Origin: Eubacteriales bacterium
GTDB lineage: Bacteria > Bacillota > Clostridia > Oscillospirales > CAG-272
Length of the DNA: 64,000 bases
Direction: 5' to 3'
Assembly: GCA_045580085.1 (NCBI GenBank)
Contig: JAZNND010000018.1
Location: forward strand, 1,783 to 65,782
In this document: positions 1 through 9,296 of the stretch, one piece after another
Position numbering within the stretch: the stretch's first letter is position 1
Layout of the letters: every line of letters starts with the position of its first letter
The notes under the pieces: generated by a model
Told to the model about the DNA's origin: nothing
The model's database searches: none
Seen by the model: only the letters and a program-made list of their open reading frames with translations
Translations under genes and position numbers: made by a program

Positions 1-1050
1 TGTCTCAATTCCGCCACGGCGGCACTTGAGCTCATTTTGCGCGTTTTGGGCATCGGCGAAGGAGACGAGGTGATCACCTCCGCTTATACATATACCGCCT
101 CCGCTTCTCCCGCCGTGCACGTGGGCGCGAAGGTTGTTTTTGTTGATACGGCAAAGGATTCTTTCGAGATGGATTACAACGCATTGGAAGCCGCCATCAC
201 CGAAAAAACCAAAGCCGTGATCCCGGTCGATATCGGCGGCGTGGTCTGCGATTACGACCGTATTTTTGAAATTGTCGAGCGCAAAAAGCACCTCTTCCGC
301 CCCGCCAATGAAAGGCAGGCACTGTTCGGCAGAATCCCCGTGATCTCGGACTGTGCGCACGGTTTCGGCGCAACGCGCAACGGCAAAACAACGGGTGAGA
401 TCGCGGACTTCACCTCCTTCTCTTTCCATGCCGTGAAAAACCTGACCACCGCCGAGGGCGGTGCCGCCACCTGGAAGAGCCGCGAGGGGCTTGACAGCGA
501 ACAGCTTTACAAGGAATTCCAGCTTCTCTCTCTCCACGGTCAATCCAAGGATGCACTTGCCAAAACCCAGCTCGGCGCATGGGAATACGATATCGTTTCC
601 CCCGCCTATAAATGCAACATGACAGACGTTTGCGCCGCCATCGGTCTCATTCAGCTTGACCGCTATGCGGGCATGATGGACCGCCGCCATGAGATCATTC
701 GCCGCTATGACGCCGCGCTCCGTCCCTTGGGCGTGATGACGCTTGCGCACGAGAGCGAAAACGCTCGCTCCAGCGGTCACCTGTATCTCACCCGTCTGCC
801 GGGCGCGTCCGACGAACGCCGCCGCGCCGTCATCACCAAGATGGCGGAAATGGGAGTTGCAACCAACGTGCATTACAAGCCCCTCCCCATGATGACGGCT
901 TACAAAAATCTCGGCTTTGATATCAAGGATTTCCCGAACGCTTACGAGCAGTACAAAAACGAGATTTCCCTTCCCCTTCACACCTGCCTGACCGACGAGG
1001 AGGTAGAGTACATTATTGCTTGCTTCAAGGAGTGTATCGCCCATGTATAA
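1..1050 (+). CDS. DegT/DnrJ/EryC1/StrS-family PLP-dependent sugar aminotransferase (5' end outside window)
   Basis: Frame 1 is open from nt 1 (CLNSATAALELILRVLGIGEGDEVITSAYTY...). SFHAVKNLTTAEGG resembles the PLP-lysine region of this family. Stop TAA 1048-1050. Confidence 0.85.
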   Translation, partial: CLNSATAALELILRVLGIGEGDEVITSAYTYTASASPAVHVGAKVVFVDTAKDSFEMDYNALEAAITEKTKAVIPVDIGGVVCDYDRIFEIVERKKHLFRPANERQALFGRIPVISDCAHGFGATRNGKTTGEIADFTSFSFHAVKNLTTAEGGAATWKSREGLDSEQLYKEFQLLSLHGQSKDALAKTQLGAWEYDIVSPAYKCNMTDVCAAIGLIQLDRYAGMMDRRHEIIRRYDAALRPLGVMTLAHESENARSSGHLYLTRLPGASDERRRAVITKMAEMGVATNVHYKPLPMMTAYKNLGFDIKDFPNAYEQYKNEISLPLHTCLTDEEVEYIIACFKECIAHV

Positions 1051-1714
1051 GTATTTTTTCAAACGTCTTTTTGACTTCATTCTCGGGCTTATTGCCCTTC
1101 CCTTTGTCATCCTTGCGATCATCATTTTCGCGCCCATCATCTTTTTGACCGATCGCGGTCCCGTCTTTTACTGTGCCCCCCGCATCGGTAAAAAGGGCAA
1201 GGTCTACAAAATGATCAAATTCCGTTCCATGAAAGTCAATTCCCCCAACATCATCAACTCCGACGGCTCGACCTACAACGGTGCCGACGATCCGCGCGTA
1301 ACCAAAATCGGCAAATTTATGCGCAAGACAAGCATTGATGAAATTCCTCAGTTTTTAAATGTGCTCGTCGGTCACATGAGTCTCATCGGCCCCCGTCCTC
1401 ATCTCACCACGCATTACGAAGGCTATGACAAATTGGACGAACCGCACCGGAAGCGTTTGGAAGTGCGCCCCGGTATCACGGGCTACAGCCAGGCTTATTA
1501 CAGAAACTCCATCACATCCGCCGAGAAGATGGTCAATGACGTATACTACGCTGAGCACATTTCCTTCATCCTTGATATGAAGATTATCTTCAAGACTGCC
1601 GCATCGGTGCTTAAGCGAGAGAACATTTACGTCAAAACCGAAAAGACCAAAGAAGAAATCGCCAAAGAAGCAGCCGGCGAAAATACCGTCGAAGAAAAGA
1701 AGGTTACCAAATGA
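1043..1714 (+). CDS. Small phosphoglycosyl (sugar-1-phosphate) transferase, bacterial sugar transferase family (PglC / WbaP C-terminal type); priming enzyme
   Basis: ATG 1043 overlaps the upstream stop. One N-terminal hydrophobic helix (FILGLIALPFVILAIIIFAPIIF). KFRSM and DEIPQFLNVLVGHMSLIGPRP motifs. Confidence 0.85.
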   Translation: MYKYFFKRLFDFILGLIALPFVILAIIIFAPIIFLTDRGPVFYCAPRIGKKGKVYKMIKFRSMKVNSPNIINSDGSTYNGADDPRVTKIGKFMRKTSIDEIPQFLNVLVGHMSLIGPRPHLTTHYEGYDKLDEPHRKRLEVRPGITGYSQAYYRNSITSAEKMVNDVYYAEHISFILDMKIIFKTAASVLKRENIYVKTEKTKEEIAKEAAGENTVEEKKVTK

Positions 1715-2895
1715 AAAAGCTTCTCATCATCGGCGCATCGGTGCTCCAGCTTCCTGCCATTTTGAAGGCAAAGGAGCTCGGCTTCCACACAGCGGTCGCC
1801 GATTTTAATCCCAACGCGATCGGCATTCCGTATGCCGACGAATACTTCAACGTCAGCACCATCGATATTGAAGGTGTGACGGCATGTGCCAAGGCTTTTA
1901 AGCCCGATGGCATCTTCACTCTTGCTACGGATATGCCGATGCGCTCCATCGCGGCAGCGGCAAAAGCGCTTTCCCTGCCTGCCATCACCCCCGAAACAGC
2001 TGTCAAAGCCACCGATAAAGGCGAAATGATTCGCGCTTTTGAGGCGGCGGGTGTGGAGCACCCTTGGTATTTCATCCTCTCCTCTCCCGAGGAGCTTGAA
2101 AAGGTGCTCTCAAAGATTGATTATCCTTGCATCTCCAAACCTACCGACAATTCGGGCAGCCGCGGTGTTATGCTTATTCACAACGAAGAAGAGTTGCGCG
2201 ATGCCATCCGTTATTCCTCGGAAAACGGCAGAAGCGGCGGCGTGATTGTGGAGGAATATCTAAAGGGAAACGAGGTCAGCGTAGAGGTCGTGGTATTGAA
2301 CGGTGTGCCGCACGTATTGCAAGTCACCGATAAACTGACCACGGGCGCGCCTCACTTTGTGGAGATGGGGCACAGCCAGCCCTCTCGCCTTCCCGAAAAA
2401 GACATTCTCGCCATCAAGGATCTTGCCTCGCGCGCCGCATTGGCGGTCGGTATCCAAAACGGCCCTGCGCACGTGGAGATTATGCTGACCGAAAAAGGTC
2501 CGCGCATGATTGAGCTTGGTGCAAGAATGGGCGGCGACTGTATCACCACTCACTTGGTCCCCCTTTCCACCGGCATTGATATGGTGGCGTCTTGCATCCG
2601 CATCTCTTGCGGTGAGACACCCGATATCACCGAAAAATATCAAAAAGGCAGTGCCATCCGCTTCTTTAACGCGCCTGCGGGCGTAATTGAGAACATCGAG
2701 GGTGCCGAAGAAGCCCGTGCCATCCCCGGCGTCAAAGAAATTTCCTTCACAAAAGGTGTAGGAGACCTGTCGGGCGAGATCGGCTCCAGCACCGACCGTG
2801 TGGGCTTTGTCATCGCGCAAGCAGACACTCCGGAAGAAGCTGTTTCCATTTGTGAAAAGGCACTCGGCACCGTCAAGATCACAGTCAAAAAATGA
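1711..2895 (+). CDS. ATP-grasp carboxylate-amine ligase-like protein (1 of 3)
   Basis: ATGA overlap with the upstream gene. N-terminal Rossmann-like KKLLIIGAS. YPCISKPTDNSGSRGV, VIVEEYLKGNEVSVE and IELGARMGG segments are typical of ATP-grasp folds. Confidence 0.7.
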   Translation: MKKLLIIGASVLQLPAILKAKELGFHTAVADFNPNAIGIPYADEYFNVSTIDIEGVTACAKAFKPDGIFTLATDMPMRSIAAAAKALSLPAITPETAVKATDKGEMIRAFEAAGVEHPWYFILSSPEELEKVLSKIDYPCISKPTDNSGSRGVMLIHNEEELRDAIRYSSENGRSGGVIVEEYLKGNEVSVEVVVLNGVPHVLQVTDKLTTGAPHFVEMGHSQPSRLPEKDILAIKDLASRAALAVGIQNGPAHVEIMLTEKGPRMIELGARMGGDCITTHLVPLSTGIDMVASCIRISCGETPDITEKYQKGSAIRFFNAPAGVIENIEGAEEARAIPGVKEISFTKGVGDLSGEIGSSTDRVGFVIAQADTPEEAVSICEKALGTVKITVKK

Positions 2896-4148
2896 AAAAG
2901 TTGTTGATACTCGGCGCATTTCCGCAAATGATTGATATCATTGCCACAGCGAAAAATATGGGCATTTTCGTCTATGTTGCCGATCAAAATGAAAATGCGC
3001 CCGCCATGCGCTTTGCCGACCGACCTGTGCCCATCAGTACCGCGCGCGTGGACAGCCTCGCGGATTTCTGTCAGAAGGAAGGCATTGACGGCGTTTTCAC
3101 AGGCTTTGAGGATTTCAATATCCACATCGCGTGCGAGCTTTGCCGAAGAACATCGCTCCCCTTCTACGCAACAAAAGAGCAACTTTTTACCGTTACCAAC
3201 AAGGTTGCTTTCAAGGAAGCGTGCCGCCGTCACGGCGTAAAAACCGTAGAGGAATACACACTTGAAGAAGCTCTTGCTGAGGCTAAATATCCCTATATCG
3301 TCAAGCCTGCCGACAGCTACGGTTCGCGCGGCATTACGGTATGCCGAAACCCGAAAGAGCTGAAGGACGGTGTAGAAAAAGCACGGCTCGCTTCTCGCAC
3401 AGCAAGCGTGATTATCGAGCGTTTTATTGGCACCGATCACGGTTGTGAGCTGTTTTATACCGTTGTAAACGGGCACATTCATCTGACCGTCACCGCCGAC
3501 CGTTATGTCGTCAGAGAGGGAGATACCACTGTGCCTTTGCCGGTCGCCGAGATTTTCCCCTCGCGCCATAAGGCAGCCTTAACCGAGGCATTGGATCAGG
3601 CGCTTCGGGACATGTTTGCCGATATGGGGCTTCAAAACGGTCTTTTGCTCGTACAAACACTCTACGACGAAAAAGACGGCGAAGAAGAATTCTTTGTTTA
3701 TGAAATGGCGTATCGCTTGACGGGTGAACAGCACTATCGCCTTTTCGAAAAGCAAAACGGCGTTTGCCTTGGCGAAATGATGATCCGCCTTTCTCTCGGG
3801 GAAGACATTTCCGCCTTTGACACACCGCTTTTGGATGAGAAAGCATGGACAAAACCCGCCATCAATCTCGCCATGATTTTGAAAGAAGGCGAGATTCGAA
3901 CCCTGCGCGGCCTTGAAAATGTCTATAAAATTGATGAGGTTCTTTACTACAATCTCACACACAAAGAGGGTGATACCGTCTATGCCAGCGGCGACTATTC
4001 CCACATGCTCATCCGCGTGGGCATGGTGGCGGAAAGCTATGAAAAGCTTTCGTATGCCGTGAAGCAAGCATCGGACTTTGTGACGGTATTAAACGAAAAG
4101 GGTGAGGATATGCTCGTCTGCCGTTTTACCCTACCGGAGGAAAACTGA
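2892..4148 (+). CDS. ATP-grasp carboxylate-amine ligase-like protein (2 of 3)
   Basis: ATGA overlap. KKLLILGAF, YPYIVKPADSYGSRGI, VIIERFI and FVYEMAYRLTG segments parallel the other two ATP-grasp ORFs. Confidence 0.7.
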   Translation: MKKLLILGAFPQMIDIIATAKNMGIFVYVADQNENAPAMRFADRPVPISTARVDSLADFCQKEGIDGVFTGFEDFNIHIACELCRRTSLPFYATKEQLFTVTNKVAFKEACRRHGVKTVEEYTLEEALAEAKYPYIVKPADSYGSRGITVCRNPKELKDGVEKARLASRTASVIIERFIGTDHGCELFYTVVNGHIHLTVTADRYVVREGDTTVPLPVAEIFPSRHKAALTEALDQALRDMFADMGLQNGLLLVQTLYDEKDGEEEFFVYEMAYRLTGEQHYRLFEKQNGVCLGEMMIRLSLGEDISAFDTPLLDEKAWTKPAINLAMILKEGEIRTLRGLENVYKIDEVLYYNLTHKEGDTVYASGDYSHMLIRVGMVAESYEKLSYAVKQASDFVTVLNEKGEDMLVCRFTLPEEN

Positions 4149-4663
4149 TGCACATCATTAAAATATGGCACGAACGGCTCTTTACGCTGGAGCGCAAAGA
4201 TATGCTTGGTGCGCAAGCACGCGTACCCATCACCTTTGTCCCCATCACAAAAGAAAACGCTCCGCTTGTCAAAGACTTGCGCGGAAAAGAATATGTGGAA
4301 CAATTTTTATCCCAACTGCAAGGCGGCGACTTTGGTTATTACGCCTATGAGGGCGAGACACCGGTCGGATACGGCTGGGCAAAACATGCCCACGCCGATG
4401 ATTTCTTTTTCAAAATCGGAGAGAATACGGTGTATTTATGCCGTTTCTTTGTCAGCGAAAGCATGCGCGGCAAAAACATCTACCCCGCCTTAATCACGGC
4501 ACTTATAGAAAAAGAGGCAGATATAAACCGTTTTTACATCGCCGTTGAACGCGGCAACAACGCCTCGGAAAGAGGTCTTAAAAAAGTAGGCTTCTCTTTT
4601 GTGAAAGAGTATGGCTTTTTAAGAGTTTTAAGAAAAACCGTTCATAAAAAACTGATTTGCTAA
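4148..4663 (+). CDS. GNAT-family N-acetyltransferase (putative)
   Basis: TGATG overlap with the upstream gene. 171 aa. FFVSESMRGKNIYPALITALIE resembles the acetyl-CoA-binding motif A (R/Q-x-x-G-x-G/A). Confidence 0.5.
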   Translation: MHIIKIWHERLFTLERKDMLGAQARVPITFVPITKENAPLVKDLRGKEYVEQFLSQLQGGDFGYYAYEGETPVGYGWAKHAHADDFFFKIGENTVYLCRFFVSESMRGKNIYPALITALIEKEADINRFYIAVERGNNASERGLKKVGFSFVKEYGFLRVLRKTVHKKLIC

Positions 4664-4677
4664 AGGAGATTACGCTA

Positions 4678-5967
4678 ATGAAAAGTTTAAAAGGAAAACG
4701 TCTACTGGTTCTCGGCGGCACCAATAATGCCCCCGACATCAAAAGCTTTGCTGTGAAGGAAGAGGTTGTTTTAATTTTTGCCGGCCTTAGTTTCAGCGAA
4801 GAAATCAAAGCCATCGCAGACGAAATGCATAAAATCAACATTCTTGACAGAGATGAACTGGCAACGCTCGTTAAAGATCAAAAAATAGATGGCATTTTTG
4901 TCGGCGGAAACGAAGATATTATTTCTTGCACGATAGACGTATGCGAAAAGCTCGGCTTGCCTTTTTACGCCTCCCGCGAGGTTTGGGATAACGCCATGAA
5001 CAAACGCGTCTTCAAAAGCACTTGCCGAAAATACGGCGTTCCCACAATGGAAGACTACATCATCGATGAGAGCGATTTGAAGAAAGCCGCGGAACAACTT
5101 TCTTACCCTGTGGTAATCAAGCCTGTAGACTGTTGTGGAAGCAACGGCGTTATGAAATGTGAAAAAGCGGAAGATTTTCCGGATCTTTACAACTACGCAA
5201 AAGGCTGCTCCCGTACGAGCAGTGTCACCGTAGAGGAATTTAACGACGGCTTTGAGATCTGTGTTTATTACACTTTTGTGGACGGAAACGTATCTTTGAG
5301 CTCTATGACCGATAAATATGTCAGAGGGAATGTCAACAGCTTTATTCCGCTTTCCGAAATCTATGCTTATCCCTCTCAGTATTTGCCGCAATACATCAAA
5401 GAAGTGGATGCGAACATGAGAAAAATGCTTTTGGCACTGGGGGTACGTAACGGCATCACCAGCATGCAAGGCTTTTACAAAGACGGAAAATTCAAATTCT
5501 TTGAAATGGGCTTCCGTCTCGGCGGCACGGCACAATACCGCTATACGGAACATATCAACGGCATCAACAGCCTTCACATGATGATGGCTTTCGCCTTGAC
5601 AGGCAAAATGGGTGATTGCGATCAATCTCGTGATAACGCGGCTTTCAAGAAACCCTGTTGCACGCTCACTCTCCTTTCTAAAGGAGGTACGGTTGCGAGA
5701 ATTGAAGGAGTAGAGGAAGCACGCAAAGTGGAAGGTGTGCTTTATATTGAAAACCGTTACAAAGTTGGTGATACCATCAAGGCAAGCCGCACGATCTCTC
5801 AATTCCATGTAAGAATTTATATCGTTGCAAACAACGAAGCGGAAATGAAAGAGAAAATTGAGCATTTGCAAACCTCTATCCAAGCTTATGACACAAACGG
5901 CGATCCCATGCTGATCACGCATTTCGACACGAATAAGCTTTCTTTCGGCGATAACAAATTTGAATAA
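4678..5967 (+). CDS. ATP-grasp carboxylate-amine ligase-like protein (3 of 3)
   Basis: ATG 4678 lies 8 nt after AAAGGAG. KRLLVLGG, YPVVIKPVDCCGSNGV, VTVEEFNDG and FFEMGFRLGG segments. Confidence 0.7.
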   Translation: MKSLKGKRLLVLGGTNNAPDIKSFAVKEEVVLIFAGLSFSEEIKAIADEMHKINILDRDELATLVKDQKIDGIFVGGNEDIISCTIDVCEKLGLPFYASREVWDNAMNKRVFKSTCRKYGVPTMEDYIIDESDLKKAAEQLSYPVVIKPVDCCGSNGVMKCEKAEDFPDLYNYAKGCSRTSSVTVEEFNDGFEICVYYTFVDGNVSLSSMTDKYVRGNVNSFIPLSEIYAYPSQYLPQYIKEVDANMRKMLLALGVRNGITSMQGFYKDGKFKFFEMGFRLGGTAQYRYTEHINGINSLHMMMAFALTGKMGDCDQSRDNAAFKKPCCTLTLLSKGGTVARIEGVEEARKVEGVLYIENRYKVGDTIKASRTISQFHVRIYIVANNEAEMKEKIEHLQTSIQAYDTNGDPMLITHFDTNKLSFGDNKFE

Positions 5968-6098
5968 TTTAACTTTTATAACAAACCATAAAAAGTCACC
6001 ATACCGTCAACACCGTCTCTGCCACGTCAAACAGTTTTTTATTGAACCGGTCAAAGACGCGCCGAAAAAATTCTGACAACAGAAAGGATACGCCTTTT

Positions 6099-7385
6099 AT
6101 GAAGATCTTAAAATTTTCTTCCTACTTTTTTCCCGAGAACGTAGCAAGCTCCCATTTAAGCAAGGATTTGTACGAAACCTACCGTGATGTGGGCATTTGT
6201 ACCGAGAACTACGTTCCTACGCCTTCGCGCGGTATTGACAAAGCCACACGGAAAAAGTACAAAAAGATCCTTTATGAGGAATTCTACGACGGCAGTCTGC
6301 ACATCCGTCGATTTCCGTTGATGCGTGAAGGTAGAAATCCCATTTTGCGCGCATGGCGGTATTTGCTATGCAATCTAAAACAGTATAAATACGGAAAAAA
6401 AGCAAAGGATATTGATCTAATCCTCGGCGCATCCACCCCTCCCACGCAAGGATATCTCTGTGCCAAGCTTAAAAAGAAGCTTTCGAAAAAATACGGACAT
6501 GAAGTCCCCTTTATCTACAGCCTTCAAGATATCTTCCCCGACTCTTTGGTTCATACGGGGCTTACCAAAAAAGGCTCTATCCTTTGGAAGATCGGCCGCA
6601 AGATGGAAGATAAGATCTATGCCGCCGCCGACAAAATCGTCGTGATTTCCGAGGGCTTTAAGCAGAACATCATGGCAAAGGGCGTGCCGGAAGAAAAGAT
6701 CGTGATCATCGAGAACTGGATCGATGTGAATGAGGTGGTTCCCATCCCAAGGGAAGAGAACATTTTGTTTGAAAAATTCGGTTTGGATCCCGAAAAATTC
6801 TACATTTGCTACAGCGGAAACGTTGGCCATACCCAAAACATGGATATGCTTCTTGACACCGCAAAGCGCGTAGCCGAAGCAAACGGCGATATTCATTTCG
6901 TTATCATCGGCGAAGGTGCCGCTAAAGCACACGTTACCGAGAGAGTAGAAAATGAGAAGATTGCCAATATACATATGTTCCCGTTCGAAGATTATAAGAA
7001 CATCGCTCACGTATTCAGCCTCGGCGACATGGGACTGATCATCTCCAAGGCAGGCGTCGGCTCGAACTCTGTGCCTTCTAAGACTTGGAGCATCATGTCG
7101 GCAGGGCGTCCCATTCTCGCTTCTTTCGACAAAGAGGGCGACCTTGACCGTGTGATCACCGCCGAGAACGCAGGCGTTTGCATCGATCCCAAGGATACCG
7201 ACGGTTTTTATCAAGCAATTCTCGATGCCTACGCCAACCGTGAACAGCTCGCCGCATGGGGTAAAAACGGCAGAGCATATGTGGAAACGCATCTGACGCG
7301 TGAGATTGGCACCGGCAACTGGGTGAAGCTTCTCACAAGCTTTGATCCCCAAAAAGAAGAAAAGAAAACGGAAGTACCGGTTTGA
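6099..7385 (+). CDS. Group-1 (GT4) glycosyltransferase, WcaI/WbuB-like
   Basis: ATG 6099 follows GAAAGGA (the listed ORF starts at TTG 6042). N-terminus MKILKFSSYFFPE is typical of WbuB/WcaI enzymes. C-terminal GT-B half (YSGNVGHTQN ... SKTWSIMSAGRPILA). Confidence 0.8.
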   Translation: MKILKFSSYFFPENVASSHLSKDLYETYRDVGICTENYVPTPSRGIDKATRKKYKKILYEEFYDGSLHIRRFPLMREGRNPILRAWRYLLCNLKQYKYGKKAKDIDLILGASTPPTQGYLCAKLKKKLSKKYGHEVPFIYSLQDIFPDSLVHTGLTKKGSILWKIGRKMEDKIYAAADKIVVISEGFKQNIMAKGVPEEKIVIIENWIDVNEVVPIPREENILFEKFGLDPEKFYICYSGNVGHTQNMDMLLDTAKRVAEANGDIHFVIIGEGAAKAHVTERVENEKIANIHMFPFEDYKNIAHVFSLGDMGLIISKAGVGSNSVPSKTWSIMSAGRPILASFDKEGDLDRVITAENAGVCIDPKDTDGFYQAILDAYANREQLAAWGKNGRAYVETHLTREIGTGNWVKLLTSFDPQKEEKKTEVPV

Positions 7386-8704
7386 TGAAATACCTATGGA
7401 TTGGCGTGTGCCTTTCGCACGCGCAAAAGCAAGAGATCATAGCGAAAGGCGGAAAACTTCTTTCCGCCAACGTCTCCCAAGACGCGCTTGTGGCGGGAAT
7501 AGAAGAAAACGGTATCTCTCTCGACACCATCAACGGCCATTCCTTCCCCGCCGCATTCAAAACGGTGAAGGAAGAACGCTGGTCAAGAACCGGCAAAAGC
7601 CGCGATATCGGTGTCGGTTACCGCAACATCAAATACCTTTCCCTGCACTTTAAAGAAAAAGCACTTCGCCGCGCGGCAAAAGAATGGGCAAACGAGCATC
7701 AAGACGAGGACGTTACGGTTCTTATCTATTCCATGCACTCCCCCTTCCTTTCCGCCGCCGCCGAGATCAAAAAGCGCATTCCGAAGGCAAAAATTTGCTT
7801 GATCGTTCCCGATCTTCCGCAGTTTATGGATCTTCACATGTCACGGTTGAAGAAATGCCTCAAGGCGATTGACTGGAAAAAGATCCGCAAGCTCATGAAA
7901 AAAGTGGATCGCTATGTTCTTTACAGCCGCCATATGGCGTCCTTCTTGGGGCTTAAAGACGGCACGTGGACGGTGATGGAAGGCTCTTTTGACACCTCAT
8001 GCGCCATTGACGACATTCCCCAAAAGCCCGAAGGCAAGATGCCCATCATGTATTCGGGCATATTAGACCTGCGTTACGGCATCCCGGAACTTCTCGATGC
8101 CTTCGCGGAGCTTGACGAACGCTTTGAGCTTTGGTTCACCGGCACGGGCAACGCCGTTTCTCTTATCGAAGAAAGAGCGAAAGACGATCCGCGCATTCGG
8201 AATTTCGGATTTCTTCCCTCGCGCCGCGATCTGCTTTTGAAGCAGAAGGAAGCGGCTATGCTCATCAGCACCCGAAGAAGCGACGAAAAAGCAAGCGATT
8301 ACTGCTTCCCCTCCAAGCTCTTTGAGTATATGGTGTCGGGCAATCCCGTTTTATCCGCGCGCATCGGCGGTATTCCCGATGAATATTTCAATTATTTGGT
8401 AGAGATGAAATCCACTTCGGCGTGCGACATCCGCGACGCCATCCTTTCGGTTGCTGCCATGTCCCAAGAGGAGCGCGAAAAAAGAGGCGAAGGCGGCCGC
8501 CGCTTTGTGCTGGAGCAAAAAAATAATAAGAAACAAGGATTCCATATTATGACATTCTCCAACATTACCCCCCCCCCCCCCGTAACTGACAATTATTTCC
8601 ATTTTCTTTCTCGAAATCTTGCTGCTTTTGACGGAAAAGCGGCAGATAGCAAGGCAAAGCGATTAGACGTCTGCTTCCGTAAAACGGAACAGACTGCCGC
8701 TTAA
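7385..8704 (+). CDS. Glycosyltransferase (GT-B C-terminal half), paralogue of 9293-10495, with a 40-codon tail beyond a C14 tract
   Basis: ATG 7385 overlaps the upstream TGA. Collinear protein similarity to 9293-10495 (DLPQFMDLHMSRLKK, DWKKIRKLMK, CFPSK(L/I)FEYMVSGNPV). The tail after codon 395 has no counterpart in the paralogue. Confidence 0.7.
   Translation: MKYLWIGVCLSHAQKQEIIAKGGKLLSANVSQDALVAGIEENGISLDTINGHSFPAAFKTVKEERWSRTGKSRDIGVGYRNIKYLSLHFKEKALRRAAKEWANEHQDEDVTVLIYSMHSPFLSAAAEIKKRIPKAKICLIVPDLPQFMDLHMSRLKKCLKAIDWKKIRKLMKKVDRYVLYSRHMASFLGLKDGTWTVMEGSFDTSCAIDDIPQKPEGKMPIMYSGILDLRYGIPELLDAFAELDERFELWFTGTGNAVSLIEERAKDDPRIRNFGFLPSRRDLLLKQKEAAMLISTRRSDEKASDYCFPSKLFEYMVSGNPVLSARIGGIPDEYFNYLVEMKSTSACDIRDAILSVAAMSQEEREKRGEGGRRFVLEQKNNKKQGFHIMTFSNITPPPPVTDNYFHFLSRNLAAFDGKAADSKAKRLDVCFRKTEQTAA
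8568..8581 (+). repeat. Homopolymeric C14 tract inside the glycosyltransferase ORF
   Basis: Direct count: ACC CCC CCC CCC CCC GTA. It is the only long G/C homopolymer I noticed in the window. Confidence 0.95.
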
Positions 8705-8732
8705 CCTACAATCGCAGAAAGGAAATATAAAA

Positions 8733-9296
8733 ATGCGTATATCAAATCCCTTCGCGAAGCTTTCCGTCAAGCTTCAGCGCATTAAAACAGGAAAAAAATG
8801 CAAATTTTTCGGCATGCCGGTCATTGTAAAAAACAAAACCGCAAGCATCACGCTCGGTGACCGCGTAACGGTCATATCGGGCTTTCTCTCCAATTTGGTC
8901 GGGCTTTATCAACGCTCGGTCATTGTTGCACGCGGCAAAGCAAAAATCGAAATCGGAGATCGCGTGGGCATGTCGGGCGTTACGGTCTACGCCTTTGATT
9001 CCATCAAGATCGGAAGCCATACCATCATTGGAGCCAACACCAAAATCATTGACAGCGATATGCATCCCATCGATCCCGAGATTCGCTTAAATTCTCCCAA
9101 CAACCGAGAACACACCAAACACCGTCCGATTGAGATCGGTGAAAATGTGTTCATCGGGTGCAACGCCTTGATTCTCAAGGGTGCCAAGATCGGCAACAAC
9201 TGCGTGGTCGGTGCCGGAAGCGTGGTAACGGGTACGTTTGAGGACAACTGCATCATTGCCGGAAATCCCGCAAAGGTGGTAAAGAAGCTGTCATGA
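8733..9296 (+). CDS. Hexapeptide-repeat (left-handed beta-helix) O-acetyltransferase
   Basis: Repeated [LIV]-G-x-x-x-x hexapeptides (IGSHTIIGANTKIID, IGENVFIGCNALILKGAKIGNNCVVGAGSVV). RBS AAAGGAA. Confidence 0.8.
   Translation: MRISNPFAKLSVKLQRIKTGKKCKFFGMPVIVKNKTASITLGDRVTVISGFLSNLVGLYQRSVIVARGKAKIEIGDRVGMSGVTVYAFDSIKIGSHTIIGANTKIIDSDMHPIDPEIRLNSPNNREHTKHRPIEIGENVFIGCNALILKGAKIGNNCVVGAGSVVTGTFEDNCIIAGNPAKVVKKLS

Noticed and set aside
4771-5922. Long antisense ORFs overlapping confident genes. Examples: 4771-5922 -, 22148-23197 +, 33122-34459 -, 37992-39164 -, 40514-41842 +, 42696-43628 +, 56638-57408 -, 58003-58968 -.
   Set aside because: Each lies entirely inside a gene with clear family motifs on the other strand. 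Each has odd composition (Arg/Gly/His-rich or Phe/Lys-rich), no recognisable domain and no convincing RBS.
6042-6098. N-terminal extensions in the supplied ORF track that use TTG/GTG or far-upstream starts (6042, 7382, 13183, 16144, 18370, 20212, 24030, 26074, 35720, 42292, 49170, 52049, 56623, 58929, 59989, 60272).
   Set aside because: In each case an internal ATG with a properly spaced purine-rich RBS coincides with the start of family homology, or with stop/start coupling to the upstream gene.
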